A stretch of 57,169 nucleotides of DNA, the filler included, from Platydemus manokwari (Eukaryota): assembly GCA_037951405.1 (NCBI GenBank). It is 5 parts of 5 records of this genome, joined end to end, with 100 filler letters (N's around TTAATTAATTAA, not from the genome) between each part and the next. Parts side by side here need not be neighbours in the genome. Positions count along the whole stretch, not along the records: positions 47,705 to 57,169 come from JBBMOY011245652.1; 4 more parts are not named here. One strand, given 5' to 3'. The notes below the pieces were generated by a model, which did not search any database, was not told the origin of the DNA, and was given only the letters and a program-made list of their open reading frames with translations. Shown one piece after another: positions 51,716 to 57,169 of this stretch; the first letter of the stretch is position 1, and each line of letters begins with the position of its first letter. Both the position numbers and the translations under genes were made by a program.

Positions 51716-54309
51716 TTATATTCCTCCTTATGCCAGGCATTTATCGAAAGATCGTTCGAAATCAAAATCCCGTGAACAGCTAGCATCGATATTCATTGTT
51801 TGTATTAAATCTCAGTTAATTGACTGGCTTCAATCTAATCCCAGTTTATTGTTCAAATACGTCTATAAGGTTACCGGTGTTACGAGTCGATTTTTGAGGA
51901 ATACTTCCACTGAGGATCAACGAAAATGTTTCAGCAGTTTAGTGCCAGAAATGTTTACTGTTCAATTGTTGCAAATCGAACAAACGGCTCTGCCCGGTTC
52001 AATAGAAGAGCTCATGATTCAAAAACAAGTCTTTGTTCAGTTGAATCTTGTAATTCTTGAAATAATAAGAATTAATAAGCAATTATTTTTACCGGTGATC
52101 AATTTCGATTTATTATCAGCATTGTTCTTTTCATTATCTCAATGTAATAGTTCAATGTTGGAAGCTAGCAAATGTTTCGACGTTTCTGTGCTTTCGGCCC
52201 AGCTTGTAAAACATGCCCAAATGACTACTGTGGCTGACATAGTGTGGCAACAATTGGTTTCAATCAGTCAGATATTATTAGTTTCTAACAACAAAAAAAC
52301 AAAACTCATTCTTTCTTCTTTATTGACCACAATTCAAATGTCAATACCAACAATCACGGAACCTTTATTCTTGATTGCCATATGGTTAATTCCTCAATTA
52401 TCTGTTCAATCAAATGATGATAATTCATATACAGAATTACTCGGCTCATTAATTGCAAGCATCATCACATTTTCGAATTCGCGCTTGTCCATTTCTCCCG
52501 TCAATACTTTTGCCACACGTTTAGCCGTATCTATAATGCATCAAACAGCTCGACTGAAAAATCATAATTTATCGCACATAAAAACCGACGAAATATCAAA
52601 TAATAGTCGGCCAAATGTTTCTCCATTTTGTCAGATCAGTTGCCAAGGAAACGACTCCAGTGATCCATATTTATTATCAAAACTATTATCTAATCAATTT
52701 TCAAAATCCTTAAGTACATTGCGATCGAACAGATCTAAAGCTTCTGAGAATGCTTGGTCCTATGAATTCTATCCACATGAAGCTCAGGTTCAGATCACAA
52801 TTATTCTTCCATGTGACATGATTGTTAATAAGATTATATTGAATCCGAGATCTTTGCGTGAATTCAGTTCCAAATTCGAGGTTATCATCAAACGTGATAC
52901 TGCCAACCATTCGACCACAAATTATCAACAAATCCATAAAGCATTAATTCTGAATGATGGAATCGTTATTGATCACATTAACAGTCGTAAATTATCAAAT
53001 AAAATTATTATGAGATTTGATAAACCTCTTTTATCGAAGCTTGTGTTACAAAAAATAGAGATTTGCACAATCAATCAATGGTGGGATCATAGATTTCAAA
53101 TGGCAGGGGATATTGCCAATCTATTCATTTATCGTTGTCTTCATTTGTTCAATCATATCTTGAAAAATGAAGCCATTTTCAAACAGGAATCTGTATATTG
53201 TACATTGTTGGAAAACAAGCAATTCTTTTCCATTCTTTTGAACTGGAATCACATGTATAGCATTGCTAACAGTCCCACCAATAAACTATTGATTAAAAAT
53301 AGTAGTAATCTTATAACAGAATTATTGGTCTTTCTCGGTCAAGATCATCAAGGATTTTCAATGATTATTTTGAATCAAATTCTTGAAAACGTATATCTTG
53401 TATCGACAAACAATTCATCACCAACCATCAATCCCAATCTTCAATTTTCCAATGAAATCTCGATAATGAAATTGTCGATTTTATACAACTTGCTCACCAT
53501 TGAAGATCAGTTTTGTTGTACAAGAATAGATATTGTTATTAAATGGTTTAATTCAATTGAATTGAAAAATATGATGATTTCGTTGGATAGTATTGGATCT
53601 GTAGTATATTTATTATCAGTTGTTGTATGGCATCATGCTCATGGATCATTTCATAGAAATATTGATTGGTCTCGATTATTTAACAATGAATTTGTTAAGA
53701 AAATACAACTTGTCATCACATGTTCCAAAGGTCTGTTTAAAAAAAGTTTATTCCGATTGTTGACATCGGTGTGTTCACTTGACAAAGGTTTTTATCAAGA
53801 ATTGATTAAGATTTGTCCATTATTTCACTGTGATACACAACAATTAAATATTAATAATTTGAAATCTATTTTGTGGGCCAGTCAGTCCAGTGAAGGATGT
53901 AAATCACTTTTAGAATCTGGCATTTTGTCACAATTGATTGATCGTATCATTTTGTATTTATATCCATCTCCAATTTTATTCAATTCACAACAGATTTATA
54001 CAGAAATATCACAGATTCTAACATTTTTTACCAAATTATGCTTAGCCGGTTGTAATTTCATAAAGGTTTGGTTAGGTCAATCAAGTGCAAACATATTTTG
54101 GCAACCAATAATCGAATACCTCATTAATTATAATCACGGTAATAATTTTGCAGATGTAGCTCTCAATGAGTTTTCATCAATCACCAAAGTTGAACTCATT
54201 ACGGCAGTAGTGAAATTTTTTTCTGCCGTGACATTGTGTTGTGTTGATAATCAAGTGACATTTATCAAGATCTTGATCAATGTGATGGATCGATATCGAT
54301 TGAGATCAG
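51716..54309 (+). CDS. BIRC6: BIRC6/BRUCE large internal exon
   Basis: The frame is open from 51716, upstream of the listed ORF start, to the donor G|GTATTT at 54310. Contains KVWLGQSSANIFWQPI and AVVKFFSAVTLCCVDNQ, which resemble BIRC6. Phase 1 joins to 55110. Confidence 0.82.
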
Positions 54310-55109
54310 GTATTTTGATTTCCATTGATTTTGTATATTTTTTTAAATTTTCGTTATGATTTTGGTATATTTAAAAGAAAATAGAAACAATTAATTAAAA
54401 CAAAAAATTACAAATCTTCATATAATGTTATTGCTATTAATTGCTTGTGAGTATTTACGAAATAGTTGAATTAAATGGTTATAATGGCTTGTTTAGCCAT
54501 TAGCTCTCATTCATATTTTTACAACAGTTTTTTATAGAACAATTACCACAATCAGTCGAATAAATGAATTGATATAACCAATATTATTAAATTGATGTTT
54601 TTATCCTTCTCAATCTCTTGTTGAAATCAGCAAATGAATTCTTTGTTGATTCTCATTGTCCTTATCATTATTGAATAATTAGGGCTTTCTCTTTCTCTCT
54701 AATTAACCATGTTAAATGCAATGAAACTGTTTCGATTATTTAATGCCTCAGTATATTTTTAAGGAGATTGATATGCTTGTTTGTCGATACTCTGTCACAT
54801 TACGGTTTTTGAAATGCTTGATTTTAAGCTGTACATTTCTATCATAGCTATTTTTAAATTTTAAATTTTCTATTTCTTTTGTTATATTTTTGTGTTTACC
54901 TATCATATTTGCTTGTTTCATGCAATCTAAGCTGTCAAGTATTAGTGATATTGACATAGAAAATTGTATATTTTTATCTGACTTCAATCAGTTTAGATTT
55001 AAACATTAGATTTAAAAATACGAAATTAAAACTTATTTTTTGTTAAGTTTATCTAATAAAAAATTATGCTTAATATCAAATTATAATGATTAATATCTGG
55101 GCATTTTAG

Positions 55110-57009
55110 ATACATTGGTCCTGTCAGATTGTATTCGACGTCTTATTTTGGAAGTTGTTGTTAAGGAACCAGAATATTCTATTGTTATTCAACTAACACC
55201 ATCTAATAGTGCTCTCAATTCATTTCCAGGCTGGATAATGTGTGAGGATGATCTTGGTAATTCACGTCTTTCCTTTCGCCATCCGTCTATAGCATGCCAA
55301 AAAGACTGTGTTTTCATTGAAAATGTTCCAATGACGAGTCAATTTTCGTCGATTGTTTCTCAACTTACAGATCAATTGAATTTTATCACTAGAAAATCTT
55401 CCATTACTTCACCACGATCCACGAATTATTATGCAGAAGTTATCGATTTTTTTCTCAACAAATTTTCCGATCAAAATTGCTTGGATTTGAAATCCAAACC
55501 TCCAAGTAGCCCATTGAATTCTTGTATCAATAGGATTTCATTGAAATTTAATCATTCCTCGAATTGGGGAATATGTTTGAGATATCGAAATAAATTGGTG
55601 GATATTCATGAAAATATTTTTGATTTTGTCAGTGAAAATGAGTTGGAAAGAGAATTTAATTGTGGATATGTAAATCTGACATGTAATATCTTTAAATCTA
55701 ATGCTAATATAAATAATACCAATGATATCGCTACACCAAAAATGATGGAAAGCAGTAATTATTTGTTTGTCAAGTTTACAGAATTTGGTGGTTTGAAATT
55801 ATTGGGTAAAATGTTACCTTTATTATATACAGATATCAGGCGTGTCAGTTCTACTACCATTGTTTGTCGAAGTCCTAATAACAATATTTCCACACATACG
55901 GGATTTGTTGATGATGAATTAACTGCTCCTATTGATTTAACCAAACCCCACAAATCTCTGCCCCAAATACCAGCACACTCTATAACGGCATTTTGTTTAT
56001 TTTTGAATATCGATCATTATTCGGATTATGTTATCAATGAACGGGAACATCGATCGGCTCTTCTTCATTTACTTCTTGGAGTTACCCATGATAATGATGG
56101 TGTTTCATTAATTCAAAAATATCCAAAATTACAATGTGTGCCTTTTATTTTGCTTACTCGATTGCTCCAGAATCAATCATTACAATCAGAATCTCATCAA
56201 AATGTTATCAATACATGTGTCGAATTGGGATTGATTGATTATTTTATTAATCTGTTATCAATATTGGGTCATGTAGATTCAGGTCAATCGATAAAATGTT
56301 TAAAATCTAGTGGACCATGGTTGAAATTTATTTCTCAAACTTTATATGATTTACATTATCAATTATTTTATTCATCAACTAATATCGATAAAGCTGAAAA
56401 TAAGCCTTCATCAACTACTCCAAAATCTGCTCATATCGTCACTACAACAATGGATCCAAAATCCCATTACATAACATTTATGCCATTTATTGATGAAAAA
56501 AAAAATTACTGGGCCAAAGGGACAGGATTTGGTACTGGTGGCATGTACAGTACGTGGGATTCTGAGTTTGTATTGTTGCGACAAAATCTTGAAGAAATTA
56601 ATGCATCAGCTATTCTTGATACTTTGTCAGCTTTTATCTATCCTTCTGATGAAGATCATGATAATATTGAATGTGTGTTGGAAAATGGATATGATATATT
56701 GCCAGCAAAAGCTATTGAATGTATTTATCAATCAGCATTATTAGTATTTATATGTTCGTATTTACGTAATGATTCTGTATTGGATGTATCACAACATGTC
56801 AATATATACAAATCAATTTTACGTCTCATTAGAGCTATGGCTAAGCAAAAGTGCTTTCATCATCTTTTGATTCCTCATATCACACAGTTAAAGAGCTATC
56901 TTGATCCACAATTATATAATAGCATATCATATTTGACTTCCACCAATAATATTAGCCAATTATTATCTCAATTGAAGGTCTGTGTCGACACATATATCAA
57001 TAGATTAAA
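55110..57009 (+). CDS. BIRC6: BIRC6/BRUCE (baculoviral IAP repeat-containing protein 6, E2/E3 hybrid), exon preceding the UBC domain; gene continues beyond the window
   Basis: Diagnostic YWAKGTGFGTG...WD.E..L.RQ.LEE, SYLRNDSVLD...HV.IY and KVCVDTYINRL. Acceptor ttttag ends at 55109 and donor GTATGT starts at 57010. Confidence 0.93.
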
Positions 57010-57169
57010 GTATGTTTTTCATTGATTTTGTTCATTTTTACATCACATCGACATATTATCAGGAATCATCATATAATAATCAATATAAATTCATCAAGTT
57101 ATATTAAATTGAAGTGATAATATTGATGACACTTGAATTATAAATATTTTTAATTGAGAAATAATATTT

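Noticed and set aside
1-57169. Non-standard genetic code or a prokaryotic defence system
   Set aside because: The long exons are open under the standard code, in-frame stops occur only in transposon relics alongside frameshifts, and there are no operons or arrays.

Overview
This is very AT-rich eukaryotic DNA, almost certainly animal, with spliceosomal introns. It is not prokaryotic, and I see no CRISPR array, operon, rRNA or tRNA. Four 100-bp spacers (44 N + TTAATTAATTAA + 44 N) split the window into five segments that may be unrelated contigs joined artificially. Three partial host genes can be supported: the first two exons of a mitochondrial dimethylglycine dehydrogenase (DMGDH, minus strand, 16084-16383); the 3' part of a DOK-type PTB docking protein (plus strand, 21410-32272); and five internal exons of BIRC6/BRUCE (plus strand, 48834-57009, with the UBC domain expected beyond the window). 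There is also one orphan candidate exon at 36269-36458. The rest is decayed transposable elements: Merlin (IS1595/ISXO2-like) and Buster-type hAT DNA transposons, Ty3/Gypsy RT and integrase fragments, LINE fragments, and NeSL/R5-type RLE retrotransposons. One of the RLE elements carries one clear and possibly a second Ulp1-like protease domain but has no recognisable RT core. I found no well-supported novel system. The best leads are that RLE element, a foldback/hairpin repeat at 45.2-45.8 kb and the orphan exon. All family calls come from motif recognition by eye, not database searches.
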